This document shows, one piece after another, positions 39,263 through 49,729 of a stretch of DNA of 64,000 nucleotides; positions within the stretch are counted from its first letter, which is position 1, and each line of letters starts with the position of its first letter. Under the pieces are notes generated by a model. That model saw only the letters and a program-made list of their open reading frames with translations, had not been told where the DNA came from and did no database searches. The translations under genes were made by a program, and so were the position numbers. Origin of the DNA: a bacterium (GTDB taxonomy: Bacteria; UBA8248); contig CBDBBI010000010.1 in assembly GCA_965202625.1 (NCBI GenBank), positions 960,001 through 1,024,000 on the forward strand, read 5' to 3'.

Positions 39263-40564
39263 TTGAACGATTCCACGGGTTCCACCCTGGCTTCCAGCCA
39301 TTCGCTCAAGCCTGGAGCAGCGAGCGGCTTATACTACGGCTGGGTGATCGTCGGCATATCGTTCATCACTATGGCCTTCCACATGTCGGCTATCTTCTCC
39401 TTCTCCCTCTTTCAGGTTCCTCTCATCAAGGAATTCGGCTGGAGCCGAGGCGCCCTGGGTGGCGCGTTCGCCCTAAGCATGGGCCTCTACGCCATTTGCA
39501 GCCCCAAGGCAGGCGCCATCCTGGAGAAAAAAGGCCCCAGGGCCTTGCTCCCCTGGGGCTCCATCTCCATTGGAGCGGGATTGGCCCTCGGCTTTTTCAT
39601 CTCATCCCTGTGGCACGTGTACGTTCTCACCGGCCTTCTGCTCGGTCTCGGACTCGCGATGAGTGGCTTCGTGACGCACAACGCGCTCATGCCAAGGTGG
39701 TTCTACAAAAATCGGGGATTGGCTACGGGCATCGCCGTCTCGGGCATCGGCATCGGCTCATTCATCCTGATACCCACTATAGAGAGGCTGATCGCCACCT
39801 TCGGCTGGCGCTACGCCTACCTCATTTTCGGCGGCTCCATATTTTTCCTCATCTTGCCGGTAAAATTGCGCCTGCTCAAAAATCACCCCTCCGACGTTGG
39901 CCAGAACATCGACGGCGCGTCCGACGCGGAGGCTGCGCGGCTTCCAAAACCCCGCCCTTTCCAATCCCAAAAGATAGGCGAAGTATTTCAGAGGGTGAGA
40001 AGAGAGAAAAATTTCTGGGCCTTGATGTTCATCGTCTTCGTTATCGGGTTCAACAACAATTCCATCTGGAGCCAGCTTCAGCTGTTCCTCGTCGACGCGA
40101 ATTTCAGCACCGCGTTCGGCGCCTTCATCTTTGGCCTCACAGGCGCCATCCGTATACTCGGCAGCGTGGTCATGGGCTGGGTAAGCGACTTCGTTGAGCG
40201 AAAGCGCGCTCAAGGCATCTCGATTTTTCTGGCCGGAGTCGGCATCGTATTGCTGCTCCTTGTCCCGCATCTGGGCGACGGAACGACCCTCGCCTTTTTG
40301 TTCGCCGCCGTCTACGGCTTCGGCGTCGGGGGCATGTCCAGCTGCCACGTGGCGATGTCCGCGGACGCCTACGCCGGTCGCTCGTTCGCCGTCATCATGG
40401 GGCTTCTGGAGATCTGTTTCGGTCTCGGAGGCTTCATCGGACCTCCAATGGCGGGTTTCATATTCGATTACATGGGGAGCTACTTCCTCCCCTTCGGCAT
40501 CGTGGTGGTGTTCCAGGCGGTCGCGCTCGCCGTCTGTTTGTTCGTCTATAGTACCGATAAGTAA
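39263..40564 (+). CDS. MFS transporter (OFA/MCT-like)
   Basis: YYGWVIV, EFGWSRG, WF.K.RGLA.G, G..FD..GSY. Confidence 0.9.
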   Translation: MNDSTGSTLASSHSLKPGAASGLYYGWVIVGISFITMAFHMSAIFSFSLFQVPLIKEFGWSRGALGGAFALSMGLYAICSPKAGAILEKKGPRALLPWGSISIGAGLALGFFISSLWHVYVLTGLLLGLGLAMSGFVTHNALMPRWFYKNRGLATGIAVSGIGIGSFILIPTIERLIATFGWRYAYLIFGGSIFFLILPVKLRLLKNHPSDVGQNIDGASDAEAARLPKPRPFQSQKIGEVFQRVRREKNFWALMFIVFVIGFNNNSIWSQLQLFLVDANFSTAFGAFIFGLTGAIRILGSVVMGWVSDFVERKRAQGISIFLAGVGIVLLLLVPHLGDGTTLAFLFAAVYGFGVGGMSSCHVAMSADAYAGRSFAVIMGLLEICFGLGGFIGPPMAGFIFDYMGSYFLPFGIVVVFQAVALAVCLFVYSTDK

Positions 40565-40575
40565 GCCCCTCAACG

Positions 40576-41850
40576 ATGAAGCGAAGAAAATCCGTGCGCC
40601 CCTGGTTCTATTACGGCTGGGTGATCGTCGGCATATCCTTCATCACCATGGCGTTTCATCAAACGGCGCGCTTTTCTTTCTCTATCTTTCAGGTTCCCTT
40701 GATTCAGGAATTCGGTTGGGGACGCGGCGCACTGGGCGGAGCCTACGCCCTGATGCTGGGCAGCTACGCCGTGTTCAGCCCCATCATGGGAAACCTCTTC
40801 GACAAAAAGGGCGCGCGCGCGGTAATGCCCTGGGGCTCGGTGTTCGTCGGCACAGGCTTCATCATGGGGTATTTCATCTCCGATCTATGGCACGTCTACG
40901 TCGTCCCCTGCCTGTTCGTGGGCGTCGGCATGGCGTTGAGCGGCTTCGCCCTCCATAGCGCGCTCATGCCCCAGTGGTTTCAGAAAAACCGGGGCCTCGC
41001 CACCGGGCTGGCTCTCTCGGGCAGCGGAACGGGCATCCTGCTCTTCATACCGCTCATCGAATGGTTCATCGCCACGAGGGGCTGGCGCGCGACGTTTTTT
41101 ATTTTTGGCCTGGCCGTCCTCGTCGTAGCGGTCCCTCTTACGGCGTTGCTGCTCAGAAAAGGACCCGAAGAAGTGGGCCAGCAGATTGACGGAGCATCTC
41201 GTCCTCCTCGTGCTTCCAACGAAACGTCGGGCCCAAAGCGGCCCAGCCCGCCTCTGCGGGAAGTGTTTCGCCAGGTATATGGGGAGAAGAATTTCTGGAC
41301 ACTTCTCATCGTCGTATTCTTCATTGGACTGAACAACAACTCGGTGTTGAGCCAACTCCATCTCTATCTGGTCGACGCCCGATACAGCACGGCCACGGCG
41401 GCCTTCTTTTTCGGGATGCTCGGCGCGATTCGGATGATGGGCACGTTTTTCGTGGGCTGGCTAAGCGACGTCATCGGCAGGCAACGCGCCCAGGCGCTCT
41501 CCTCCTTCATCACGGTCTGCGGGATCGCGATTTTACTGGCCATCCCCCAAGCGTCGTCCAAGATATTGATGGGCTGGGTTTTCATACTCGTCTATGGAAT
41601 CGGCCTCGGGGGGATGAGCGTATGCCACTCATCCATGTCCGCAGACGCGTTCAGGGGGCCCACGTTTGGCGCCACCATCGGGCTGCTCGAGATTTTCTTC
41701 GGACTGGGGGGCTTGATCGGTCCCCCGTTGGCGGGCTTCGTTTTCGACTATACGGGAAGCTACGTGATTCCCTTCCTCAGCATATCCGCCGGCCTGCTCC
41801 TTTGCATTTTCCTGTGCCTGTTCGTCTATGAACCGCCTCATGGGGAATGA
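40576..41850 (+). CDS. MFS transporter (OFA/MCT-like), tandem paralog
   Basis: Same motifs; shares YYGWVIVGISFITMAFH with the upstream gene. Confidence 0.9.
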   Translation: MKRRKSVRPWFYYGWVIVGISFITMAFHQTARFSFSIFQVPLIQEFGWGRGALGGAYALMLGSYAVFSPIMGNLFDKKGARAVMPWGSVFVGTGFIMGYFISDLWHVYVVPCLFVGVGMALSGFALHSALMPQWFQKNRGLATGLALSGSGTGILLFIPLIEWFIATRGWRATFFIFGLAVLVVAVPLTALLLRKGPEEVGQQIDGASRPPRASNETSGPKRPSPPLREVFRQVYGEKNFWTLLIVVFFIGLNNNSVLSQLHLYLVDARYSTATAAFFFGMLGAIRMMGTFFVGWLSDVIGRQRAQALSSFITVCGIAILLAIPQASSKILMGWVFILVYGIGLGGMSVCHSSMSADAFRGPTFGATIGLLEIFFGLGGLIGPPLAGFVFDYTGSYVIPFLSISAGLLLCIFLCLFVYEPPHGE

Positions 41851-42010
41851 GGAACGCGGCGCGCGTTCAAAGGAAACAAAAGAGGACCACAAGAGAAGCA
41901 GATCGTCGCCTTATCTCATGGAGCAATGGGGCGAAAGGAAGCAATTGAGATATGCGGTATCCGAGCTCTTTCCGAAACCCACATTTCAAGAAATAAAATT
42001 GTATAGAGTT

Positions 42011-43063
42011 TTACAAATACATGGGCACCCTCAGCTCGTCCGCAACTTCCGCTACCTTCTCCCACACCGCAACGTCAATCGGAACGCCCTCTCGAAGCCT
42101 TCTTTCCTTTTCCCGAAAACTCCGTTCGCCCGGCACCCGAATCTCCTCCACGCCGGGTGCCCTGCGCGTATTTTTGACCTCTGCGACGTGGGCGTCGACC
42201 ATCTCCTCAAATACCTTCCGATCCCCAAAAGCGCAAGGGTCGACGGCGATGAACAAATCCCCCTTGTCATAATGTCCATCGCGCACCGATTGGGCGAGCG
42301 GCTTGCCCACCTTGGCCCCGAGCAAAGGCCCGGCCAAAAGCCCGATCAGCAGACAAAGGCCATAACCCTTATGCCCCCCGAAAGGGGCAACTGCGCCTGC
42401 GGCCGCCGCCCTGGCGTCCGTCGTCGGCTCGCCATCTGGCCCCACGGCCACGCCTTCGGGAATCGGCACTCCCGCGATGCTCGCCCTCAAGACGGTTCCG
42501 AAAGGAATCGCGCTCGTCGCAAAATCAAGAAGAACGGGTTCATCCACGCTTCTGGGAACAGCGATTGAAAAGGGGTTCGTGCCCAAAAGCCGCTCCACTC
42601 CTCCAAACGGGTGGACAAGCGGCTGCGTGACGCCGGCGACGATTCCCACGCAACCGGCGCGGGCGATGCGCTCCGCGTAATAACCCGCCATGCAAATATG
42701 ATCGCTGTTCACGACGCCCACGGCGCATGAACCCGCCTTCTCCGCCTTCCTGGCCGCCAGGCTCGCGCCATACGTCGCCCCCACGGGGCCCAAGGCGCGA
42801 GCCCCCTCCACCAGCGCGCTCCCCTCCCGCTCAAGTACGACGCGGGGCTTAGCCCGAGCTTCGATCATGCCGCTTTGGATTCTCCTGATCATGTTCGGCA
42901 GGCGAATCAGCCCATGGGTGGAATACCCTCTGAGGTCGGCTTCCATCAATACGTCGGCCGTCGTCATGGATTGCTCGTGGGAACAGCCTACGGCCGCTAG
43001 AATGCGCTCCATTAAATCGCGTAGGGCGTCCGCGTTCATCACGCGATCTTCGCTTCGATTCAT
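42011..43063 (-). CDS. Ldh_2 family oxidoreductase (type 2 malate/L-lactate, ComC-like)
   Basis: ADLRG.STHG..R, GTNP.SIA.P, LDFATS, PFGGHKGYGL, PGE. Confidence 0.9.
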   Translation of the reverse strand: MNRSEDRVMNADALRDLMERILAAVGCSHEQSMTTADVLMEADLRGYSTHGLIRLPNMIRRIQSGMIEARAKPRVVLEREGSALVEGARALGPVGATYGASLAARKAEKAGSCAVGVVNSDHICMAGYYAERIARAGCVGIVAGVTQPLVHPFGGVERLLGTNPFSIAVPRSVDEPVLLDFATSAIPFGTVLRASIAGVPIPEGVAVGPDGEPTTDARAAAAGAVAPFGGHKGYGLCLLIGLLAGPLLGAKVGKPLAQSVRDGHYDKGDLFIAVDPCAFGDRKVFEEMVDAHVAEVKNTRRAPGVEEIRVPGERSFREKERRLREGVPIDVAVWEKVAEVADELRVPMYL

Positions 43064-43079
43064 GACTGAGAAACTCTCC

Positions 43080-43589
43080 CTAAAGGTCGGGGTTCGGAGC
43101 GGAGGCGCTCGGCTTCGTCACACGCATCATCCAGCAATAGATTTCCACCCGGTTTCCATCCGGATCGAGAAAGTAAAACGCATGACTTCCGCTTCCCCCG
43201 ACGAAGCCGTTCTCGTCCAGCCCCTCTTCCGCGTGAACGTAAGGACCGGAGACGAACTCCACGCCGCAGGATTTCACGTGCTCCTGGGCGTTCAGCCAAT
43301 CCTCCCGATTCTCCACCTCGAAAGCCATGTGGTGGAGACCCACATCGGTTCGGCGCTCCGAGTCCACCGCCCTCAACCCCGCCTTCACGGCGTCTTCGGG
43401 CAACTCAAAAAACACCAGCGCGTGGTGCTTCTCTCCACATCGCATAAAACAGATCGGCCGATGGAAATCGGGCGGCCCCCATTTCCCCGTCAGTCTCAAG
43501 CCCACCACATCTCGATAGAACCGAATCGATAGCTCCACGTCCCTTACGTGGATTCCGACATGACCCAGACGCGCGACATGACAACCCAT
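43080..43589 (-). CDS. VOC family protein
   Basis: LGHVGIHVRD, HH.L, GLHHMAF, YFLDPDGNRVE. Confidence 0.88.
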   Translation of the reverse strand: MGCHVARLGHVGIHVRDVELSIRFYRDVVGLRLTGKWGPPDFHRPICFMRCGEKHHALVFFELPEDAVKAGLRAVDSERRTDVGLHHMAFEVENREDWLNAQEHVKSCGVEFVSGPYVHAEEGLDENGFVGGSGSHAFYFLDPDGNRVEIYCWMMRVTKPSASAPNPDL

Positions 43590-43716
43590 GCCTTCTCCTC
43601 CCGGGTGAGAATTTTGAGCAGAAAAAAATCGTTTGCCTTCAAGAATATGGCATCATAACATTTCCCGCGCGGGTTCGCGTCAACGCCGCTCTCACATTCC
43701 ATGAAAGGCCATCTCC

Positions 43717-44541
43717 ATGCTGAAAAAGACGGTTTCTCTGGGCACATTGTTTCTGGGCGTCATGGTAGCCGCCGGCGTTTTCTGGCAACCATCCGCCCAT
43801 AGCGTACAAAAGTCCCCGCGATCGCACTCCCTTCCGGAGGAGCAAAGCCCAAAGGGTGCGGCCGCCTCCGCGCTCTTGGCGCAAAGCGTCAACAAAAACC
43901 AAATCGAAAGAATCATAAAAGAATATCTCATCAAAAACCCAGAAGTGCTCGTGGAGGCCATGCAGGCACTGGAGAAAAAACGAAACGCGGAGCGCGAGAC
44001 GGCGGCCCAAGCCTTCATCCGGAAGCACTCGAAACGAATCTACGCGGATTCTGAAGACCCCGTGGGCGGGAACCCAAACGGGGACGTGACGATCGTGGAG
44101 TTTTTCGACTATCAATGCGAGTTCTGTAAACGGGTGGCCCCCATGGTGGAGGAAGCTCTCGCAAAAGACGGGCAAATTCGCATCGTATATAAGGAATTTC
44201 CCATCCTCGGTCCGAATTCCGTGCTCGCTGCGCGAGCGGCGCTCGCCTCGCGCGCGCAGGGCAAGTACCTGGCGTTTCACAAGGCGCTCATGGAGACGCG
44301 CATCTCCTATGACGAGAAGAGCGTCATGAAAATCGCCGCCGCCTTGGGCATCAACACGGACCGGCTGAAGAAAGACATGCTCTCCTCTCAAATCCAGGAG
44401 ATCATCGACAGGAATCGCGCCCTAGCGAGGTCGCTGCGCATACGCGGCACGCCGGCCTTCATCGTTGGAGAACAACTCTTCCCAGGCGCGCTCACGCCTT
44501 CTCAACTTGCTCGCATGATACAAGAGGCGAGAAAGAACTGA
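43717..44541 (+). CDS. DsbA family thiol-disulfide protein (ScsC-like)
   Basis: N-terminal membrane/signal segment, EFFDYQCEFCK, cis-Pro GTP. Confidence 0.92.
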   Translation: MLKKTVSLGTLFLGVMVAAGVFWQPSAHSVQKSPRSHSLPEEQSPKGAAASALLAQSVNKNQIERIIKEYLIKNPEVLVEAMQALEKKRNAERETAAQAFIRKHSKRIYADSEDPVGGNPNGDVTIVEFFDYQCEFCKRVAPMVEEALAKDGQIRIVYKEFPILGPNSVLAARAALASRAQGKYLAFHKALMETRISYDEKSVMKIAAALGINTDRLKKDMLSSQIQEIIDRNRALARSLRIRGTPAFIVGEQLFPGALTPSQLARMIQEARKN

Positions 44542-44558
44542 ATCGGCGAATCGACGAG

Positions 44559-44590
44559 AAAACCCCGGAAGTGGTTCTCCGGAGTTTTTT
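44559..44590. terminator. Probable bidirectional terminator
   Basis: AAAAC-C-CCGGA..TCCGG-A-GTTTTTT between convergent genes. Confidence 0.6.
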
Positions 44591-44610
44591 GCGTCCATGG
44601 GCGAGAAAAT

Positions 44611-45063
44611 CTAACCCACCTTCACCGAACCCGTCAGCTTCCTGCGGTAATCCCACCATTTCCACTTTCTCGGCGCCATCGTGACGCGCACGCGCGTTTT
44701 TTGTGCGATGGGCGTATTGACGTAATTCGCCCACATATCCGGACCAAAGAAATGGTCCACCACGCTTTTCAGCCCCTCATGGTCCGTCCCCATCACTTCG
44801 GAAATCTGTGCCTCGCCCTCGACGACGACGGCGCGAAAAGGCGCTTCATCGTCGTCGATGCAGATGGAAAACGCCGGATTGCGCCTCAAATTCCTCACCG
44901 ACACGGAATCATCCCCCGTGCTGATGAAAAAACTCGCGTCCTCGGGGTTGAACAAATACAAAAGCGGCACGATGTGCGGGGAGCCATCCGCATTCGTGGT
45001 GGCGATTCTCGCCATACGCGGCTCCAACAAAAATTCATCCATCTCAGTTGGACGCTCAACCAT
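44611..45063 (-). CDS. Pyridoxamine 5'-phosphate oxidase-like split-barrel protein
   Basis: RIAT...DGSPH.VP, RNLRRNP, V.VEGEA, WDY. Confidence 0.85.
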   Translation of the reverse strand: MVERPTEMDEFLLEPRMARIATTNADGSPHIVPLLYLFNPEDASFFISTGDDSVSVRNLRRNPAFSICIDDDEAPFRAVVVEGEAQISEVMGTDHEGLKSVVDHFFGPDMWANYVNTPIAQKTRVRVTMAPRKWKWWDYRRKLTGSVKVG

Positions 45064-45195
45064 TTTCTATCTCCTCTTAAGACGCCGTTAACACAAAAAG
45101 ATTCTCCGCCTCATCGTTTCGTTCAAGCGGAGCAACCAAGCCGTTCTATGGCCTGAATCACAAGCCGGTCGTCGCCAATGCTCCATAAAACCGTC

Positions 45196-47808
45196 CTATC
45201 CTTTCACAATGATGTTCACCAGACGGCCCGGAACGACAATGTGCTTCACAATCTCCTTATCCCCGACGTAGTTTGCCGTAACCGCCTCCGCCTTCTCCTT
45301 GAGTTCATCCTCCGGCGCATCCGGGAGCGCCATGAACGTGCGCCTCGTTTTTCCGTTCACCTGCACGGCGAATTCCTTCTCCTCGGCAGCGATGGCCGCT
45401 TCATCCACCCGGGGCCACTCTTCTCGAAAAAGACTCGTCCCCGCCTCGCCCGCACCTAAAGCCGCCCAGAGCTCCTCCGCCACATGCGGAGCCATCGGCG
45501 CCATACAGCACAAAAGAATCTCGGCCGCCTCGCGTTGAATCGCGTTTTCCGCTCTAGCCTCCGCGCGCAACGACGTGGCCAACTCCATAATACGCGCCAC
45601 CGCCGTGTTGAAAGAAAACGTTTTTTCATACACCTCGTTCACCGCCTTCAAGGTGGCATGGGCGTCTCGCCTGAGCTTTCTACCGGAGGCGGACAGCCCA
45701 CCTCCGTCTCCAGAATGGGGCTCCGATTCCCGCCAACCCTCAAGACGCTCCGAGAACGTCAGCCAAAGCCTTTGCAGAAAGCGATGGACCCCGATGAGCC
45801 CGTCATCACGCCACTCCTTGGAGCGTTCGGGGGGACCGATGAACAACGTGTATAGCCGACCCGCATCCGCTCCGTATTTTCCGGTGCATTCCTCGATAGA
45901 GACACCGTTCATCTTCGATTTGCTCATTGAGGCCATTTCGGGAACCACTTTTTGGCCCGCTTGGTAGCCGCTGCCGCTGGGGCCATCTCTGGACACAACC
46001 AGAGAGTTCTCGTCCACGTCCTGGTAAGGCACCCAAACGCGGCCACGCGCCTCGGCCACGTAATACGCCATTCGGCATACCATTCCCTGGGTAAAAAGGT
46101 TCTCAAACGGTTCCTCGAAAGAGAGGAATCCGAGATCGTAAAGGACTTTCGTGAAGAAACGGGAATAAAGCAGGTGCATCACCGCGTGTTCCGCTCCTCC
46201 GATATACTGGTTCACCGGCAGCCAACGGTTCACGTTTTCCGATTGAAACACAGCACCGTCGTCGCGGGGACTGACGTATCTCAAGTAATACCAGGACGAA
46301 TCCACAAAAGTGTCCATCGTGTCGGTCTCCCGGCGGGCGGGTTTGCCCGTTCGGGGACTGATGACGTTCACGAAATCCGCACTCTGGCTCAAGGGATTCC
46401 CTCCCCTTCCCGTGAACTCCACGTTGCGCGGGTGCGCGACGGGCAGATGCACGTCGGGCACCGGAGTCACGCTCCCATCTTCCTCATAAATGACAGGTAT
46501 GGGCACTCCCCAATAACGCTGCCGCGAAATGAGCCAATCTCTCAGACGCCAGTTGATCGTCTTGTCGCCAAAACCTTTTTCTGCGAAATAAGCGATCATG
46601 TCGGGGTAGGCTTCTCGGTTCGGCCGCCCGTCGAAGGGTCCGGAGTTCTCCATCACCCCGTCTTCCCCATACGCCTGGGCCATGCTAGCGCCATCAAGAC
46701 CGCCATCTGGATGCTGAATCACCACCTTGACGGGGATGTCGTATTTTCTCGCGAAAAGAAAATCGCGCTGATCGTGCGCAGGCACGCCCATGACGATGCC
46801 CGTTCCGTATTCCATCAGAGCGTAATCGGCCACCAGCAGGGGGACCCGATCCCTATTGACCGGGTTGACGACGAAATGGCCCGTGTGAACCCCCGTCTTC
46901 TCGCTCTCCTCACTCATTCGCTCTGCGGCGCTTTGGGCGCGCATGGCGTCCACGGCCTCTCGGATAGAGTTCGCCCGGGGGTTGTCCCGCAGCAGCTCAT
47001 CGATCATGGGATGCTCGGGCGCGCAGACCATGAAGGTGACGCCATAGACCGTATCCGGCCGCGTGGTGAAGACCGAGAGCGTCTCGCCGGTCGCCTCAAG
47101 CCTGAAATCGATTCGCGCTCCCTCGCTACGTCCTAACCAGTTGCTCTGCTGCCGCTTCACGTGTTCGGGCCAGCCGACAAGGCCATCAAGGTCATCAAGC
47201 AGGCGCTGCGCGTAGTCGGTAATCCGTAAAAACCATTGACTAAGCCAGCGTTTTTCCACCTTAGCGCCGCTGCGCCAGGCGACGCCGTCGTGGATTTGCT
47301 CGTTCGCCAAAACCGTGCTGTCCACCGGATCCCAGTTGACGAGCGCTTCTCGTTTGTAGGCCAAGCCATTTTCCAACATTTGCAGGAAAATCCACTGCGT
47401 CCATCGGTAATAGCCCGGATGCGCAGTAGAAATCTCACGTGGCCAGTCATAGGCGAGACCCGCCATGCGCAACTGTCGCCTCATATTGTCGACATTCTTT
47501 TTCGTCCAGACAGCAGGATGCGCGCCGGCGTTGATGGCGGCGTTCTCCGCAGGTAGACCCAGGGCGTCCCAGCCCATGGGATGCAGCACCTCGAAGCCGC
47601 GCATCTTCCGGTAGCGGCTGATGGCGTCGCCCATCGTATAGTTGCAGGCATGGCCCATGTGAAGATCGCCAGAAGGATAGGGAAACATCATCAGAGCATA
47701 ATAGGTAGGCTTATCGCCGGGGTGATCGGAGGTCTCGAATATATTCTGCTCCGACCAAAGATTCTGCCACTTTTTCTCATAACTGGATGGACGATACTCG
47801 CCGAGCAT
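45196..47808 (-). CDS. leuS: Leucine--tRNA ligase
   Basis: MFPYPSG.LHMGH, FTTRPDT, VPAHDQRD, WLISRQRYWG, SMSKS, VQVNGK. Confidence 0.97.
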   Translation of the reverse strand: MLGEYRPSSYEKKWQNLWSEQNIFETSDHPGDKPTYYALMMFPYPSGDLHMGHACNYTMGDAISRYRKMRGFEVLHPMGWDALGLPAENAAINAGAHPAVWTKKNVDNMRRQLRMAGLAYDWPREISTAHPGYYRWTQWIFLQMLENGLAYKREALVNWDPVDSTVLANEQIHDGVAWRSGAKVEKRWLSQWFLRITDYAQRLLDDLDGLVGWPEHVKRQQSNWLGRSEGARIDFRLEATGETLSVFTTRPDTVYGVTFMVCAPEHPMIDELLRDNPRANSIREAVDAMRAQSAAERMSEESEKTGVHTGHFVVNPVNRDRVPLLVADYALMEYGTGIVMGVPAHDQRDFLFARKYDIPVKVVIQHPDGGLDGASMAQAYGEDGVMENSGPFDGRPNREAYPDMIAYFAEKGFGDKTINWRLRDWLISRQRYWGVPIPVIYEEDGSVTPVPDVHLPVAHPRNVEFTGRGGNPLSQSADFVNVISPRTGKPARRETDTMDTFVDSSWYYLRYVSPRDDGAVFQSENVNRWLPVNQYIGGAEHAVMHLLYSRFFTKVLYDLGFLSFEEPFENLFTQGMVCRMAYYVAEARGRVWVPYQDVDENSLVVSRDGPSGSGYQAGQKVVPEMASMSKSKMNGVSIEECTGKYGADAGRLYTLFIGPPERSKEWRDDGLIGVHRFLQRLWLTFSERLEGWRESEPHSGDGGGLSASGRKLRRDAHATLKAVNEVYEKTFSFNTAVARIMELATSLRAEARAENAIQREAAEILLCCMAPMAPHVAEELWAALGAGEAGTSLFREEWPRVDEAAIAAEEKEFAVQVNGKTRRTFMALPDAPEDELKEKAEAVTANYVGDKEIVKHIVVPGRLVNIIVKG

Positions 47809-48165
47809 GAATTTCCTTAATTTTTGAGTATGTATCCCCAAAACCTTCGTGCGGGCATTCCGCCCGCCCCAAGAGATTCACTTCTCCTCAGGGACATAAG
47901 CTCTGCGGGACGGGCGCGGCCTTTTGCTTCATCCCCATCATACCAGGCGCCTTCCCCATACCTTCAACGGCTCTCCACGACGAGAAATAAAATATCTCGC
48001 TTAGTTGCCCATGGAAAAACCCGATTCCGCGAAAAGGTCCCTTTCCGAGCCGCTCGAACGATACATGGCGGACGGGCGACGTGGTAAGCCAACCTGGCCG
48101 ACGACAAGGCATACCTCACACGGAAATCTATGGAGAGAGGCCAAGCCGCATAATCCTCTGGTCGA

Positions 48166-49533
48166 TCAGGTGAAGATAAACAAACGGGCGATGGTCAAGT
48201 AGATCAAAAGCCCCAGGACGTCACCTCCGGTCGTGACGAAAGGTCCCGTCGCCACAGCGGGGTCCACGCGAAAGCGGTGGAGGACGAGTGGCAAAAACGA
48301 CGCGAGAAGGGCAGAACACATCATCGCCGCACAAATCGCAAGGCCCACGACGAAACCCAACCAGGCCACGGAGGAGAACTGATACGTCGCCAACAGCCCC
48401 AGCAATACGCCGTAGCAAACGCCCAGAAGTATCCCGACAGCCACCTCCTTCGAGATGACGCGAACCCATGATTTGGGATCGACACGTCCGGTCGCCAAAC
48501 CACGGATGATGATGGTAGCGCTTTGCGTGCCCACATTGCCCGCCATTCCGATGATCACCGGCATGAACGCGGCGAGAGCCACCACCTCGCTCAACTCCTC
48601 TGAATGCTGACGAATGAGCTGCGCGGCGAGAACGCCTCCCAGCCAACTGACAAACAGCCAGGGCAAACGAACCCACGCGAGACGCTTGACGGAAAGCGAG
48701 GTCGCCTCATCCTGATAGGAGTGCGTTCCCGCCATCTTGAGAATATCCTCGGTCGCCTCCTCCCTCAGGACGTCGAGCACGTCATCCACCGTGACGATTC
48801 CAACTAGAACGTTCTCGTCATCCACGATGGGAATAGCCAGAATGTTATAGCGCGAGACGACTCGCGCGACATGTTCTTGGTCGGCGTGGACGTTTTCGCT
48901 CCAAACGTTGGCGACCATCACCTCGGACAACGTCTTAGACGGATCCGACAGCAATAGTTGCCGCAAGCTGATCACGCCTCTCAGACAAGCGTTCGAGTCG
49001 ATGACATACACGTAGAAAATATAATCCACCTCGCCGGCTTTTCGCACCCGGGAGATGGCCTCGTCCACCGTGATCTCCTCATGCAGCGCCACATAGGAAT
49101 CCGTCATGATGGCGCCCGCGGTTTCCGGCAGATACGCCATCACATCCTGTATGGCTTCGGTCTCAGGCGCGTCAAGTAGCGCGACGATCTCCCGTGAACG
49201 ATCCTCGGGCAGGCTCTCCAAAATATATCTCGCGTCGTCGCTGTCCAGTTCCTTGAGAAGCGGAATTACGTCCTCATCCGGCACCGGTTCCAAAAGTTCT
49301 CGAACGATATGGGAATCGGATTCCGTCAGAATGGAGGCGCAATGCTCCCGACTTTGGATCAGAGAAAACGCCTCCTGGCGCTCCTGAGGCAGGAAATGCT
49401 GAAAAATCTGCGCCACCTCGGCCGCGTGCATTTTCTCCAGCGCATTGGCGAGATTGGCGTCCGCCTTGTGTCTCAAAAGACGCCGCACCATGCCTTCTAC
49501 GCGGAGCAACCTCGTGTCACGCTCGTTCACCAT
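48166..49533 (-). CDS. mgtE: Magnesium transporter MgtE
   Basis: CBS pair, GIVTVDD, RLPWL, GNVGTQS, DPAVATGPFVTT..D. Confidence 0.95.
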   Translation of the reverse strand: MVNERDTRLLRVEGMVRRLLRHKADANLANALEKMHAAEVAQIFQHFLPQERQEAFSLIQSREHCASILTESDSHIVRELLEPVPDEDVIPLLKELDSDDARYILESLPEDRSREIVALLDAPETEAIQDVMAYLPETAGAIMTDSYVALHEEITVDEAISRVRKAGEVDYIFYVYVIDSNACLRGVISLRQLLLSDPSKTLSEVMVANVWSENVHADQEHVARVVSRYNILAIPIVDDENVLVGIVTVDDVLDVLREEATEDILKMAGTHSYQDEATSLSVKRLAWVRLPWLFVSWLGGVLAAQLIRQHSEELSEVVALAAFMPVIIGMAGNVGTQSATIIIRGLATGRVDPKSWVRVISKEVAVGILLGVCYGVLLGLLATYQFSSVAWLGFVVGLAICAAMMCSALLASFLPLVLHRFRVDPAVATGPFVTTGGDVLGLLIYLTIARLFIFT

Positions 49534-49646
49534 GGCTCCATGCCTCGAAAACAGGAAAAAACGGCGCACAAAGGGCGTGAAGTGTATTGAACGCCATCAG
49601 GAGTGTCAATCATCTTGCGTCGCCACCCAAGTTTGACACCTCTTGG

Positions 49647-49675
49647 TTGCGGGCAGTCTTTCACCCCATTACAAT
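49647..49675 (+). promoter_or_regulatory. Putative hflX promoter TTGCGG-N17-TACAAT
   Basis: Motif and spacing read directly. Confidence 0.5.
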
Positions 49676-49729
49676 GTCAATTGGCCATGGAAGCGTATAT
49701 CGTCCACTCGCTCTGGGGAGTGCCTCGCC

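Noticed and set aside
45915-45932. SMSKS instead of KMSKS in LeuRS
   Set aside because: The first position is known to vary; the catalytic second Lys is retained
166-47808. Apparent leucine theme (leuA, leuB-like relic, leucyl aminopeptidase, leuS)
   Set aside because: Genes are dispersed, and I found no shared T-box or Leu-rich leader peptide; likely coincidence
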